Source: Iphione sp. A-MEVVRFRX5 | Taxonomy: Eukaryota | Direction: 5' to 3' | NCBI GenBank assembly: GCA_976226885.1 | Contig: OZ320316.1 | Span: forward strand, 87,420,001 to 87,484,000 | DNA length: 64,000 bases | Shown: piece after piece, positions 37,401-47,383 of the stretch | Numbering within the stretch: position 1 is the stretch's first letter | Layout of the letters: every line of letters begins with the position of its first letter | The notes under the pieces: model-generated | The model's database searches: none | Told to the model about the DNA's origin: nothing | Seen by the model: only the letters and a program-made list of their open reading frames with translations | Position numbers and translations under genes: made by a program

Positions 37401-38552
37401 GCCACAGCAAGAGAAGAGGAGTTGGCGACCCTGACCGCCGATTCTACGGTGGCGCGCCGGGGCTCGGATGTTCCCCTGCTGGAGGACATCTCCACTCAGG
37501 AATACACCGAGGAGTGGTCGGAAGGACCGCCCGAGGACGAAGCAGGAGGACTGGGCGGGTCCTCAGAGTCCGGGGCGGCGGCCGCCCCGCCGGGCGAGGG
37601 GGACAAGGGGCCCCGACCGCCGCCAGCAGATGAGGACCTCGGCTCACATCGGCCTCCAGCGGGGCCGACCGACGAAGCCGGGGACGCTCGGACCGCCCAC
37701 ACCGCTCGTGAGCCAGGGGAGCGGCCCGATGACCCACCGCGGGGTCGCCCACAAGAGGAGCCCCCCCGTGGGCCCGGGGAGGCCACCGACTCATCAGAGG
37801 AGGGCCGCGGTAAACCGACAGTCTCGGGAGTCGCCACACTCAGCCTCGTGGGGGCGACCCCCCCAACGGATGGGGCCCGAGTGTCGCCACCACCACCGCC
37901 ACCAGTGTCGCCACCACCACCGCCACCAGTGGACCAGCCGGACGCTGTGGGGCCCCTACCGGTACCCCCGGAGCCCGAACGACCAGTACCAGCACCCGAC
38001 GGGGCTGGCCTAGCGGGCCGCCCCCCCCAGCCACTGGGTCGTCGGCAGGACCAGGGCGCGCTCTCCCCAGTGGCCCGAGTTAACCCCGCGGCACCCCGAG
38101 GGAGGGGCTTGGCCGTGATGGGCAGCCCCCGAGGCACCCCCTCACGACGCCCCGGTGGGCCACATTACGCCTACCGATGGACCTATGAGGACGTCTCCCC
38201 CCCTGCCTCTGAGGACGAAGGAATACCTGACGCGGTGTACCATTGGGTAACCACCCTGCACGTGTCTCGACAGTCCGCCCCGCCGGTAGGGTGGCACATC
38301 GTGAGTGCCTCCAGCACCGCGGAAGTACAGCTCGCCGGCCGCCAGGAGGTCAAAGTACTCCTGGTGCAGTCTATTAGCTTCCGGCCGTCGGGGGAGGCTC
38401 CCCCGTGTGACTTGATGAGTTGGCACGCCCGCCGGCCCGGGAACCTGACCCGAGGGCGGGCGTTCCGCCGGTTTACCTCCTGGGCCGACTGCCAGGAAGG
38501 GGAGGAGGTAGTGGCCGAGGTGAAGGAGACCTTCGTGGTGCGGCTACGTTAG
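31470..38552 (+). CDS. pol: Pol (protease, RT, RNase H, integrase) continuing in frame into a ~1230-aa extension with two C2H2 zinc fingers
   Basis: LIDTGAS (31488), YLDD (32724), DTDAS, integrase H..H..CQAC, ADILG/HSDQG/VVERF and the GPW...HADRLKP tail (~34857). No stop until 38550. Confidence 0.95.
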   Translation: MIDWLIDTGASALLLSAKVFESLHGVPLGPVDARVYGVDGAPLAVRGSVAGMVYFQEAAIPMRARVVDMEVPAILGLDWLDRWEAVVDSRKAQVALGRIPEETAAPLTVAADTTVPAGQVGWLQAEWRGEGLPGESILAEASSQFEERSGLRVARAVVCPQEGRLWVPLWNPGPVAACVFRSTQLGTGHVVSDVVTTYAAPAEAVRAEQREAVKQLLDQLPEGLSGNDRSRIQAMLEAHHGVFQTPSGPLGCTPVVQHRIDTQGHAPIRQRARRLPPHRKAEVEREVESMLEKGVLEHSTSPWASPLVLVKKKDGSTRFCIDYRRLNAVTKKDAYPLPRIDDTLDALQGNRYFSAIDLASGYWQVRMDPADAEKTAVCTPGGLYQFRVMPFGLCNAPSTFERLMESVLRGMVGTDCLVYLDDIIVLGRTVEEMCDRLGRVFDRLQQAGLRVKASKCQLFQEEVAYLGHRVSARGVGVDPEKIAAVSAWPVPRCSEELRGFLGLCSYYRSFVEGFARIAAPLHAMADRLAEFAWTEECQQAFDHLKRRLCSAPILGYPSPQGRLLLDTDASDTGVGAVLSQVQDGQERVLAYASRTLTKPERNYCVTRRELLAVVFALRKFRCYVGGRSVEIRTDHDSLRWLCSFREPQGQLARWLEEIFCHDLEIIHRPGRKHGNADGLSRQRCKQCTREMIPEAAEVAAVTATPWASAARLGNAQAAEEGTNTIRRALEAGDDPPGLEVGLTWEERQLRAEGGRLSLRGGVLMRHWEAEGGQAVYQAYVPCAIRAELWQDVHAGAMGGHLGAKKTLGLLRQKWFWPGMRRDVGRWTAACQACQRRKAPPCSKRAPLQSRPVNEPWELVAADILGPLPETPRGNRYVLVVADHFSKWTEAFPLAEATAKASAEVIVREVVCRFGPPRVFHSDQGRNFESALFTEVLQLLGVEKSRTTPYHPQSDGVVERFNRTLANMLGTLGEERRASWDLALPYVMAAYRATPQGSTNMSPNRLLFHREVNLPVELRYGYPKPDVVQRNQFVSQVEDEVRQAHQRVAGRLNRVAEHRRDWYNQKVRPQGYTVGQRVWLFSPLRRRGVPHKFQDWWEGPWQIEERLSEVTYRIGKGPKRRVVHADRLKPAKEDPQVTCTSQAVLADAGIVAAPTAGAGSVGALWHLRREAWNEAASMRASQVHPSPARGAPQRNSARASMLALQTRPSSACGAPQCESADLSYWERGSTPRDCVPRSQTSCLHSPSNRRSKNPRTTTENASFQRKARRYTERQDAVTFPARTVQGQVGVLSGATIVQATSDNRGRPVRRCQPCHSNNRRAGVGFSTKGGCVDCTGVRAPDCHRNCAACTGGGISRVERAGGSCKGATCSPVERSSHVCAVVEARRADSAACTGGEIPRVKRVSHVCTVAGTPCADSRLIPAGTRRSVRRGNSARRSYSVRPVHQDHDVGRADGCRSYDRRTCIPRNNERCQDDQRSPAPTHYQRPEVSMAEHDPTPSTSDAPDGPPFPCQVCGKEFAELEGMYEHIAAAHQVIGFGWLCPFPRCQGTAFKRRADWKRHAVKVHGSERVAHSTGVELLRFSGYNPTFGVVLPCPPERQAEYDRRKRQDERTRRRDLLNWIAQRQEQGETEEDSGDDLPPAGPPVAAPPGPGPVEPAPAGPADRANSPPPPRGDSAVPETPPAPRKADPPQDPGTPLLDEAPLGQGPHTPSETPESGTSAPSHTGTPSGSSSSSPPRRGAPARTYERAKPQGTPSSSCARTAPLVPTPAGINLEGTPAEPHRRQLFQGGRARTPPAPPTPREPSPERPAWSDYEDATESSPLVPGGVSLRGRASFRHPRRRGAGRIPTSSSEEEPRTPGKGWWTSPARARTPGRRGPAGRSHTPAKVSRTAEEEEAQLDHRLGPGWERPTESGPVVVLEDSPGASPPLARKKAQATPQAKEPDTLQRAMAATLGEVVWLEGESSELSDTGAGPGVTARTATAREEELATLTADSTVARRGSDVPLLEDISTQEYTEEWSEGPPEDEAGGLGGSSESGAAAAPPGEGDKGPRPPPADEDLGSHRPPAGPTDEAGDARTAHTAREPGERPDDPPRGRPQEEPPRGPGEATDSSEEGRGKPTVSGVATLSLVGATPPTDGARVSPPPPPPVSPPPPPPVDQPDAVGPLPVPPEPERPVPAPDGAGLAGRPPQPLGRRQDQGALSPVARVNPAAPRGRGLAVMGSPRGTPSRRPGGPHYAYRWTYEDVSPPASEDEGIPDAVYHWVTTLHVSRQSAPPVGWHIVSASSTAEVQLAGRQEVKVLLVQSISFRPSGEAPPCDLMSWHARRPGNLTRGRAFRRFTSWADCQEGEEVVAEVKETFVVRLR
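35994..36158 (+). other. Two tandem C2H2-type zinc fingers within the pol frame
   Basis: CQVCGKEFAELEGMYEHIAAAH and CPFPRCQGTAFKRRADWKRHAVKVH fit C-x2/4-C-x3/4-F-x8-H-x4-H. Confidence 0.85.
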
Positions 38553-38718
38553 GGGAATAGTGGATGCGGACTGGATCGGACTGGAACGCGATGGATTTTG
38601 GCTTGGACATGGTTGCGCGGAGATAGCTGATGACCCTGGCGCGCCTGGACTTTTTTCGTTAGCGTTACGCGTTGGACTGTGTTGCCGTGGTTGAACTTTG
38701 GGGACAAAGTTGATTCTT

Positions 38719-38730
38719 GGGAGGGAGCAG
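38719..38730 (+). promoter_or_regulatory. Polypurine tract
   Basis: GGGAGGGAGCAG abuts the 3' LTR. Confidence 0.8.
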
Positions 38731-39072
38731 TGTAGCGGTGTCATGTGGCAATGTTGCACGGTGCAAGGTTGCATTGTGCGAGGTGGCACTGTGCACTGTG
38801 CATTGATGCTCTCAGCACGGAGTGCAGTGTTGCAGTGTCGCCTCGTGCTTTGTGCTTTGTGCTTCGTGCACTTGCGATTGACGCATCGTGCAGCGTTGCA
38901 CCATGCACCGCTGGAGGGCTCCAGCCTATAAAAGCAGGAGCTGGAGCCCTCTCCAGGCAGTTCTGGGCAGGGAACCATACTGTGAGCATCTCACTCATTA
39001 TTGTCTCAGCAATAAAGATCCTTGGTTCATACTTCCTAGTTATGTCTTACTTGCGGAGTGGCCGACGTTACA
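38731..39072 (+). repeat. 3' LTR
   Basis: 340/342 identical to the 5' LTR by manual comparison. Confidence 0.97.
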
Positions 39073-41453
39073 CATGTTTGGTTAAAATAGCGATACCGTC
39101 ATTCAAACTGCGATACCTCTTTTATCCAGCATAGATGCATCCAGAGAATATGCTACATGAGAAGTACCATTGATTAACCATTCCAACCCAAAGGCTGGGC
39201 AGTTTCCCATAGATTTAAGGATCTAAAGCAGAGCATTAGTATCAAGGAGTAAAAGCTTTCCACTGAATGGTTAATGCATGTAATTGGCTGTATGTATGGT
39301 GATTTTTGTTTCAAGCAGACAGATAACTAATCTTATACTACACATGTATGTAGTATGTTTGATGATAAATAGGTTATTGATCATATGTTCTTCACTAAAA
39401 CATAGCTAAGTCACACAGCTGTAAAGGAGAGTCGAGATGAGGGAGAGTGTGTCATATTATGGCTTAATAATCCCGTTTAAAGGTAGGATCTGAGGAGGTG
39501 CATCATTCTAAGTTTTCTTTAGAAGTGAAATTATCGTTCATGTACATACACATATAAATATATGCGTATCAGCGTATACCTGACTATGCCGAGTAAGAAT
39601 ATGTTCGACGATAGTAACTACCATAATACTAACAGAGTTACCGTGTTCAGCTTTAAACCAATGTCAGCACCAACTGGAGCAGTTACTGTAATAGAAGAGC
39701 TTCTCATCCAGGTGAGAACTCTAGCTGTTGCTAGTCCAGTGACACTAGGGTCTCAAAATTCTGTACACAGATACTGTAGTAGTGACTTGAACCTTCTTTT
39801 GTAACAACTAGAGTAAGTAGTGGTAAACCAATACATGTATATCCTCAACGCATTTCTCAGAGTTTTATTGCCTTATTGTGGACGAAATATAGCTGCTTAC
39901 AAGTACACAGTTTTAACAAAGTGTCTCTTCTTAGAAAACAATGCTTTTATCAGATGGGAAAGAGGCCTACTGGTTTGCTGATTTTATGCGCCTTTCTCAC
40001 GCCATTATAGCACCATAAATATAGTTTATAGTGTTTAGGGTGGCGACTGTCGGGAGCGAATGATGTAGCACTGAGGTCAACCGTTTCTCATACGGTTATG
40101 GAAAAATACTTTCAGTATAAATATTCTCAAATTCATGGCAAGGACGACAGTCCTCTTGGCGTCGGATTAATCCATGCGCTGCTGAACAACTCCATCTCGT
40201 TGTAGGATGTGGAAGATTGAGGAGAAGTAGCGTTTCGCACAGCAGGATATTCTTCTCTCGGCGTATCACATGCCCGATGATGACTTGTTTGATGGCCCCA
40301 ATCCAAGCAATCTGTATCCCCTTACAACTGCCAGTGATCGATGTGGACACTGCTCACCTCTTCCCGTGTGGTAAGGTGGTCGTCGGGGTGCTGTCTCCAT
40401 GGCGACAGGTTCAGGTATCTCTCCTATCTAAGTAGTGTTTTCTTCCTCACCTTTCCCACTCCGTTCTCGATGTTATCGGGGAGGGGGGGGACGGAAGTCG
40501 GTGAGAAACACTTTGCAAGTTGCGGGGGCGGTTGTCGAGCGAGGAAGTGTTTCTTTTTTCTTATCGGATACCGTGTAAATGTTGCAATTTACCTGGGGCA
40601 CAACGGGATTCGAATCATTTTAAAGCTGTCAGTGTTCGAAATCCCTCGAGTTTCCCTCCATTAATTTATACTTTACGTGTGCAGATTCAGCATCAATGAG
40701 AATGAAGCGGTTTTCACGCTTCTTGCTCATGATGCAGTTTCCTAATGGTTCATGAGGAACGGCTGGTCCTTTTTAATTACGGAGCAACCGCAGGATTCGC
40801 GTATACGTTTCTGATGGTACTGTCCTTGTCAAAGCCCACAGCTGCTTTCTGTTTTTTGTTTTTTAAGGCTTTTAATTCCGCTGAATTTGACGTACGAAAT
40901 TAATTTGCACATTATCCAGCTTTTTGCCTTGTTTCTTGCCACTTGATTAAGTTCATGCTGTTGATGAGATATCAGTTCTTTTCATTTTGTTCTCAGTCTC
41001 CAGATATGGACAACTCCTGCACGAGTATTGGTAATGTTAGATGAACAATGATATCCACTCCTATCTATTCTTTCTGGTGCGTACTATCATTAGGCTCAGA
41101 TGTCCCTACCTTTATACATGTCATTGTGGGTTTATGAAAAATTAGATTCTATAAGGAGCAACCTTGTCATTTCATTTAGTTTTATCGCCTTGCTTATAAA
41201 TAAGAACTACCAATACCTCATACAGTACACAGTGTATTGTGGCCCATCTCCATAACAGTTAAGGGAGAAGGCATGTCACAGAATGCAAGAAAGTGGCAAT
41301 GCCACTTTGCCAGTGATGAGAGGGGCTACATAGGACTTCTATTCGACGGTAGCAGCATCATTGCTTACCGACTACCAATACCCCGGGAACACATGCTGTT
41401 TTCAAGTTATTCTTTCCTCTCTACCCCCCCATACTAGGCTACACCTTGGCAGA

Positions 41454-42700
41454 TTAGGGTACTTTGAAAGACAGTTTCTGCGACCTTCCTAACTGTGTGA
41501 TATATGCCTTGAATTCTTTATTCCTCATCTTTTTTACGTCTTTCGGTAGCTTATTCCATATCCTGCTACATGTGTAGCTGATAGACCTTTTGTAGCTCTC
41601 CTTATCTGGTTTAGCTGTTGCCACCTGGCGCCTACCTGAAGATCTAGTTGTAATACCTTTATCTACAGCAGTTGCTAGGCTGTACACCAAGTTTAAGAGT
41701 CTCAGATCCCTTCTGGCTACAAGTCATCTTCCACCTCCCTCCTGCCCGCCCTTCGATACCCATAGGCAGTATTTATCATTTGCCTTCTTGCATTAGGCGA
41801 TTGAACGATTTTGCCCTGGTTTTAGTTTCTTTACCACCAAGTTCTGATATTCTTCCATTCTTAGTTGGCCATCTAACAGAACCCCCAAGTACTTTAGCTA
41901 CCTCCTGCAGAGTGAAGTCCCAGGTGGCCCCTGTGTTTGTTATTGCTATAGCTGAATTGCATCAGGTACGTCTTTCCTTTGTTTACTAGGATTTTAGACC
42001 CTTGTGACCACTGAAGAAGTTTGTCCACACACTCGCGGATTTCTAACAGCAAGCCGGGTTTGCTGTCAGCTTCAATGATTATCGCGACATCGTCTGCATA
42101 CATTATTGTATGAAACTCACTAAGATATTTAGATAGGCTGTTTATGAACACTAGGAAAAGCAGGGGTCCTAATGGGGTACACCGCACCGGATTAACCTTG
42201 CTTTTGATACAGTGTCATTACTTAATATCAACTGCCTTCACCCATTTAAGTAATTTTCGAACCATCTCAGGTTTTTACCTACTATTTTATACCTAGCTAG
42301 TCTGGTCAGCAAGAGAGTTTGATTTACGGAATCAAAGGCTTTTTAAAGTCTATGAAGATTCCCACCAAGAGCCTACCTTGATTCAGCTTCTCATGTGTAA
42401 AGTTTAGTAAGGAGACAATGGCATTTTCTGTTGACTTACCAGGAAGAAAACCAAATTGCTGCTCCGCAATAAGACCCTGGCCTACAAGATGGTCTAAAAG
42501 TGCAGCATGGATGATCTTTTCTTGCTCTTTACTTATGAGGCTCAGGAAACTGATAGGTCTATAGTTATTCACCAATTCCTTGTTCAGTTGTTTCTTATAT
42601 AATTGTATGAACAATGGATTGTTAATGTATTTGTCTGGTGTTGACGAGTTCAGTGTGTTTGATGAAAGCAGTCTACAGGATATGTTCTTTCGTTTAATAT
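41454..42700 (-). mobile_element. Degenerate 5'-truncated non-LTR retrotransposon (CR1/L2-type RT remnant)
   Basis: NYRPISFLSLISK, QQFGFLPGKSTENA, GIFIDFKK, LGPLLFLVFIN, MYADD (~42090) and C-terminal SRIWNKLPKDV. Frameshifts and deletions present. Confidence 0.85.
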
Positions 42701-43985
42701 TGCCAAGCTACTTTCACAGTACATGTATTATCTATTTCTGTCATCATTTATTGAAAAATATAACCTAAGTAGGTTCCTCCGAATGGCAAATTCTATGTTG
42801 ATTCCCCGCCTCCTAGGGGAGGCGACCCGTCTGACTCTCCATCATGATGTTGTGGGCCTTAAAACTTCAATACCCTTAAGTCAAATGAACTTAATTGTTT
42901 ATACAATGCTTATCTACATGGATGCATTGTACTGTTTATTTCAGTTTTATTTCAAGAGGTCAAATTAATATATATATTAATATACAAGCACCTTCTCCTT
43001 TCTAACACCCCTCTACACATGCACAGACAGATTGGAAATGTCACGGCACGTCACTATGTCATGGTGTGTTCATCCAGCCAGAAATAATTAGTTACACTTG
43101 ATTGAATGGCTGGTGATAGATCATGCATACACCTCACAGATCACCCTTTTTGTCTCTGTTGTGAGAATACATTATACTCTTGAATATGGTAATTGCTGAC
43201 ATCTTCTTGAGGGGCTTATTACTATAATTTATCGCTCATCATTTATCCCCATTATCTGGTTAATATAAACGCTGCTGCTGTGTTGTTTCCTCACTTGATA
43301 TATCCTAATAATATAACATGGTGTCTTCTGTAATTGCTTTGATTTGGAATTTTGTATTGTTAGGTTGCTGTGATATCTGCCGTACTCTTATCAATGGGAA
43401 TGTTACCAAAGTTGTCTCATCAAATACATGTATGCTGTTATATGGATTGGAAAGAATAATGCAGTCATACATATTAGGGGACGGTTTAAAAGTGTTCTAA
43501 CACTCCTGACGTAGTTTGGTGTAATTAATCCCCTAATAACAATCGAATTCACTCAGAAATGGTCAGAGGACTATCACACAGATGGATATTATAAGGCGAA
43601 GTGCCATTGGCTTAAAAAAAAACAATATGGCAGCTGCTTGATGACTCAGTTCAGAAGTTTGCGAGAGAAATGTGATCAAAGTACAGACAGAAACGACTTA
43701 TAATTGCAACCTAAATATGAAGTTGTATATTTGTGCTGCTTAACTTTGCCCACTGACAGCTGGAATCTAGCACATGGTGCCAGTGTAGAGAGACAGTTCT
43801 GAGTGACAGTGGTCTAAATCCAAGGCTGCAAGTCATTGAGTGAACACCCTTCAAATACCATTAGCAGTCATTGGTGAGGGTATGTATCAGCATACATACC
43901 TGAAACAAGGGCTTTGCAGAACAACGGAAAAGTTGGAACAACACATATAACTTTTTGCTGGTTATGTGCCTTTGTAAAACACAGT

Positions 43986-45920
43986 ATGGCATCCACTGAG
44001 GCAAACAGCCAGACAAATCGCCAGATGGAGCCAGCCTCCCTGGTGACGAGAAAGAGGACATTGCACACTAACCCGGAAGAGGCGAAACAGCCTCCCAAAT
44101 CCAAACAAAAGCAGTGCCTTAAAGGTCCACCAGGTCTGAGAAACCGGACCCCACACCTGCTCTCCTGGATGCAGTCATTTCTCTGAATCAAACCATGGGT
44201 GGTTTTAGGGAAGATATGGCTGAATTCCACTCAGACTTCAAAGGAAAGGTGTCTTCCCTGATAAATGCCCTGAATTTAGGTTTCAAGGGCTATCAAGATG
44301 ACGACGTAACCCAGATGGTTTTGGGCCTGTTGCCACAGCAAAGTACTCCTCATCAAGTTTCCAATGAAGAAGATACTCTGCACATTTTATTTGTGTTAGG
44401 AGCAGCTTAAAAAGGATGAAGCAGTGGGCCCTGACATCCCACAGAATGTTGCAGTTCAATTGTTGGGAGGAACCAGCCATTCCATTCAGTTACTCAACTC
44501 TATACAAGAATAGTTGGGTGGCCTCAGTGGATCTCAAAAATGCCTATCATATGGCACCAGACCACCACATCACCAGCAAAATGTGACATTTTTATTGCCT
44601 GGGCAATTCTATAGGTATGTCTTTCAGCCTCTTGTCAGTGCCCAGGTTGTTCACCAAGCTCCTTAAGTGACCCCTAGTATCCCTATATGAATAAGAACAT
44701 GATGTACTAGCCTACCTTGATGATCTGTTGGTAGTGGCTCCTTTATTGAAGAAGTGGTCCACACTAACTTTGGCAGTTGCTGAACTCTTGACTAACTTAG
44801 GATTTGATGTCAACTGGAAGAAGTCCTCTCCTGATCCAACACAGAAATTCTTGTTTCTAAGGTACTGGCTTGACTCAACCAAGATGATGATTACCCCGCC
44901 TATTGCAAGATCAACATTGTCACTCACAATTACAATTACAATTACAAATGTTGTACAAGCTTGGGGCTACCCAAATATTGACTTCTTTGCTTCCAGGGCT
45001 AATGCTCAAGTCAATTGTAATGCTGGATGCCTAATTTGTGGCCACTCCCTCTATTGATTGGGGACAATTTAGGTTGATTTATGTGTTTCCACCATTTTCT
45101 TTAATCTCTACAGTTCTGCAGAAGCTGAGACATGAGCCAATGAGTGTGATCATGATAGTGCCACAGTACCAAGCACAGGGGTGGTATAGCCGACTATGCA
45201 AAGACTGTCCACAAGCCATAATCTAGTTCCCATCCAGAACAGGCAACCTGATCAATGTATTCAAGAACACAGATATCTAGAACATCAATGAAATACTTTT
45301 GCTGGCAGCATTCTTTTCAAGAGAAAGATTGACAAATCCTTAATTTGTAATCCACTCCACAAGTATATGTACTCCTGTAGGAGATCGATAAGACTTTAAT
45401 ACACCTCTTATCAAGATAGATGGCACACGCATTGTGTTATGAAGAATGTTGATTCACTGAAACTTCAGTAAAAACTGGCCCTTTTGTTCTTGCATCAGCT
45501 TTTCAATGGCCATGAAATAGGTACAAACCATGTGCATTTGATTCATTTCTCTTCTCCTTTGAAGTACAACAGCGTGGCGGAAAACAACTCAGTCACACAG
45601 TGAGAGTACCATTTGATCAGGTACCTTAACTTTGTGGAGTCACCCATATTAGAATTTACATGATTGGCACTACAAATATAATAGGGGACCAAGCTGGTTA
45701 CTTTATTAGCTGTGTCCCTCACTATCAGGTGGTCACTACATCCACTTTAGCCAGATAGGTTAAAAATCTTTCAAGCAGGGATTGGCACAGGTACCTTTGC
45801 AGCAGACAGTACCAAGGCTATCTCCTCCAGGTTCTTACAAGAAGCATGTAGGCAGACAAGAACATGCCTCATCAGTTCTACTTCAAACACATATAATGTC
45901 AGTATGTTTTCCTGTTTAGG
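43986..45920 (+). mobile_element. Degenerate DIRS1-like tyrosine-recombinase retrotransposon
   Basis: RT: VDLKNAY, AYLDDLL (44713-24), LGFDVNWKKS..PTQ. N6-methyltransferase-like: WGYPNIDFFASRAN and IYVFPPFSLISTVLQKL. YR-like: TLAR*VK...AGIGTGTFAADSTKAISS (45775-45831). Confidence 0.8.
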
Positions 45921-46014
45921 GTGTACATGTTTGTTTCGACTCTTTCAAGAAGACTGGCTTGTGCTAAACCTATCACATACTCTCTCCCAGTGGAGAGACA
46001 GCAAGGTAGAGTTC

Positions 46015-46313
46015 TGTAGTTATTCTAGCTCTAGTGCAGGGTGACTTAAACTCTGCTGAATCTCAAAGTCTGGGATGAAACAGGTGCCCTTCTGTCTGGA
46101 GGTTTTTGGACCTGGCCTGCAATTGCTTAGAATCATCTTATGCCATTGCTATGTATTTGCTTGGCACTGTCCTTTGCATGGTTGGCTCATCTGAAGCACT
46201 GGCGATGGCACCGTGGCATGGTGTAAAGTGCAATATCACCTGCCTCATCCCAGACTTCAAGATGAGGCTTGGCAGAGTCTGATTCACCCTGCACTAAAGC
46301 TTGGGTAACTACA
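46015..46313. repeat. Long imperfect inverted repeat (~72-bp arms, ~150-bp spacer); MITE or DIRS terminal structure
   Basis: TGTAGTTATTCTAGCTCTAGTGCAGGGTGAC...GTCTGGGATGAAACAGGTG pairs with CACCTGCCTCATCCCAGAC...TCACCCTGCACTAAAGCTTGGGTAACTACA. Confidence 0.75.
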
Positions 46314-47383
46314 CAATTTTAGGGGAAAGCAAGGGATACCTAGCCTCATTAACAAACTTTAATTCCTACCTACCCCTAAGAACCCCATAAACCATTTCAT
46401 GAGGCTGTTTGTCACCTACAGCAGAACCATTCAGCCCTTTCATGACATCACAAAGGCACATTAACATCATAGTAACATTAACACCACAGTAAAACTGATA
46501 ATGTCAATGAACGAATTAGGTTAATACTCCATCTGCATGAAGTGAAAGCTAAAAATGTCATTTTGTTTTAATAGTGTCACTCGGGTTACCATTATTGCTC
46601 GCAGTGTCGCATCATAGATAACGTCTGAATTAGGTTTCCTTCATAAGCTAACATATTTTTAACGTGTGAAAGTTTTTTTAATCTATACAATCTGCGATTC
46701 ACCAAGGTCGTCTGACATACAAAAAAAGGCTGGTTAATGTGCGAAAAATAGAAAAAGATGTGTGTAAATTATCTCCAATATTGTTTGTCATAATGGCATG
46801 TATTGTACGTTTGGCTTAAGGAAGACATAACCATCAAGCTCGATTCGCAAGGATGTAAAACAAGCCATGGAAGCACGTTTGTAGCATATTTACTGTCACT
46901 GCTTTCCTGTCTGCAAACAAATTTTAATCAGCATCTGTGTTATGTCGTACTAAACACATTGTATATGTAATGTATTGGCACTGTACTGAACTAACAGGAG
47001 AATAAACAGTTCTATAAATATTTTCAAATGTGCGATATGAGTTTCTGCCTAAGAGGCACTGTGAAAGTCTGACGTATAAGACCTCTAGGCACGGAATGAA
47101 TCACCGTGCAATAAGTTGGTATTAACTGTGCTGACATTCATATGATGCGCTACCCACTGCCGGTCTGTTGAAAAGGTAGGTGTAGGAAATCCAACAATAC
47201 GGGCCTAAGTGCCCGCGGCATTGATTTATGGACAAATAAGACCTGTGTGCGAGAGGGAGGGAGGAGTTAAAAAAAGGCAGGCTGTTCGGAGATGGGAATC
47301 CTACACCAAGGTTACAGGATGCGTTACTTGGCGATTGGAGGTATTATGAGCTCCAAAAAAAACTCCAGACATATATGTCATTG

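Larger units (their letters stand above)
29046..39072 (+). mobile_element. Full-length young Ty3/Gypsy LTR retrotransposon (10,027 bp), sense orientation in the MFS intron
   Basis: Two 342-bp TG...CA LTRs with 2 mismatches. 4-bp TSD CATG (29042-45, 39073-76). PBS and PPT present. Domain order PR-RT-RNaseH-IN. Confidence 0.98.

Noticed and set aside
29355-38500. Many overlapping alternative-frame and antisense ORFs inside the Gypsy
   Set aside because: Expected shadows of GC-rich coding DNA with no recognisable motifs. Only 35340-35945 is kept, as a caveat.
35934-38552. env gene
   Set aside because: No signal peptide, furin-site/fusion-peptide arrangement or TM anchor is evident; the content is ZF plus disorder.
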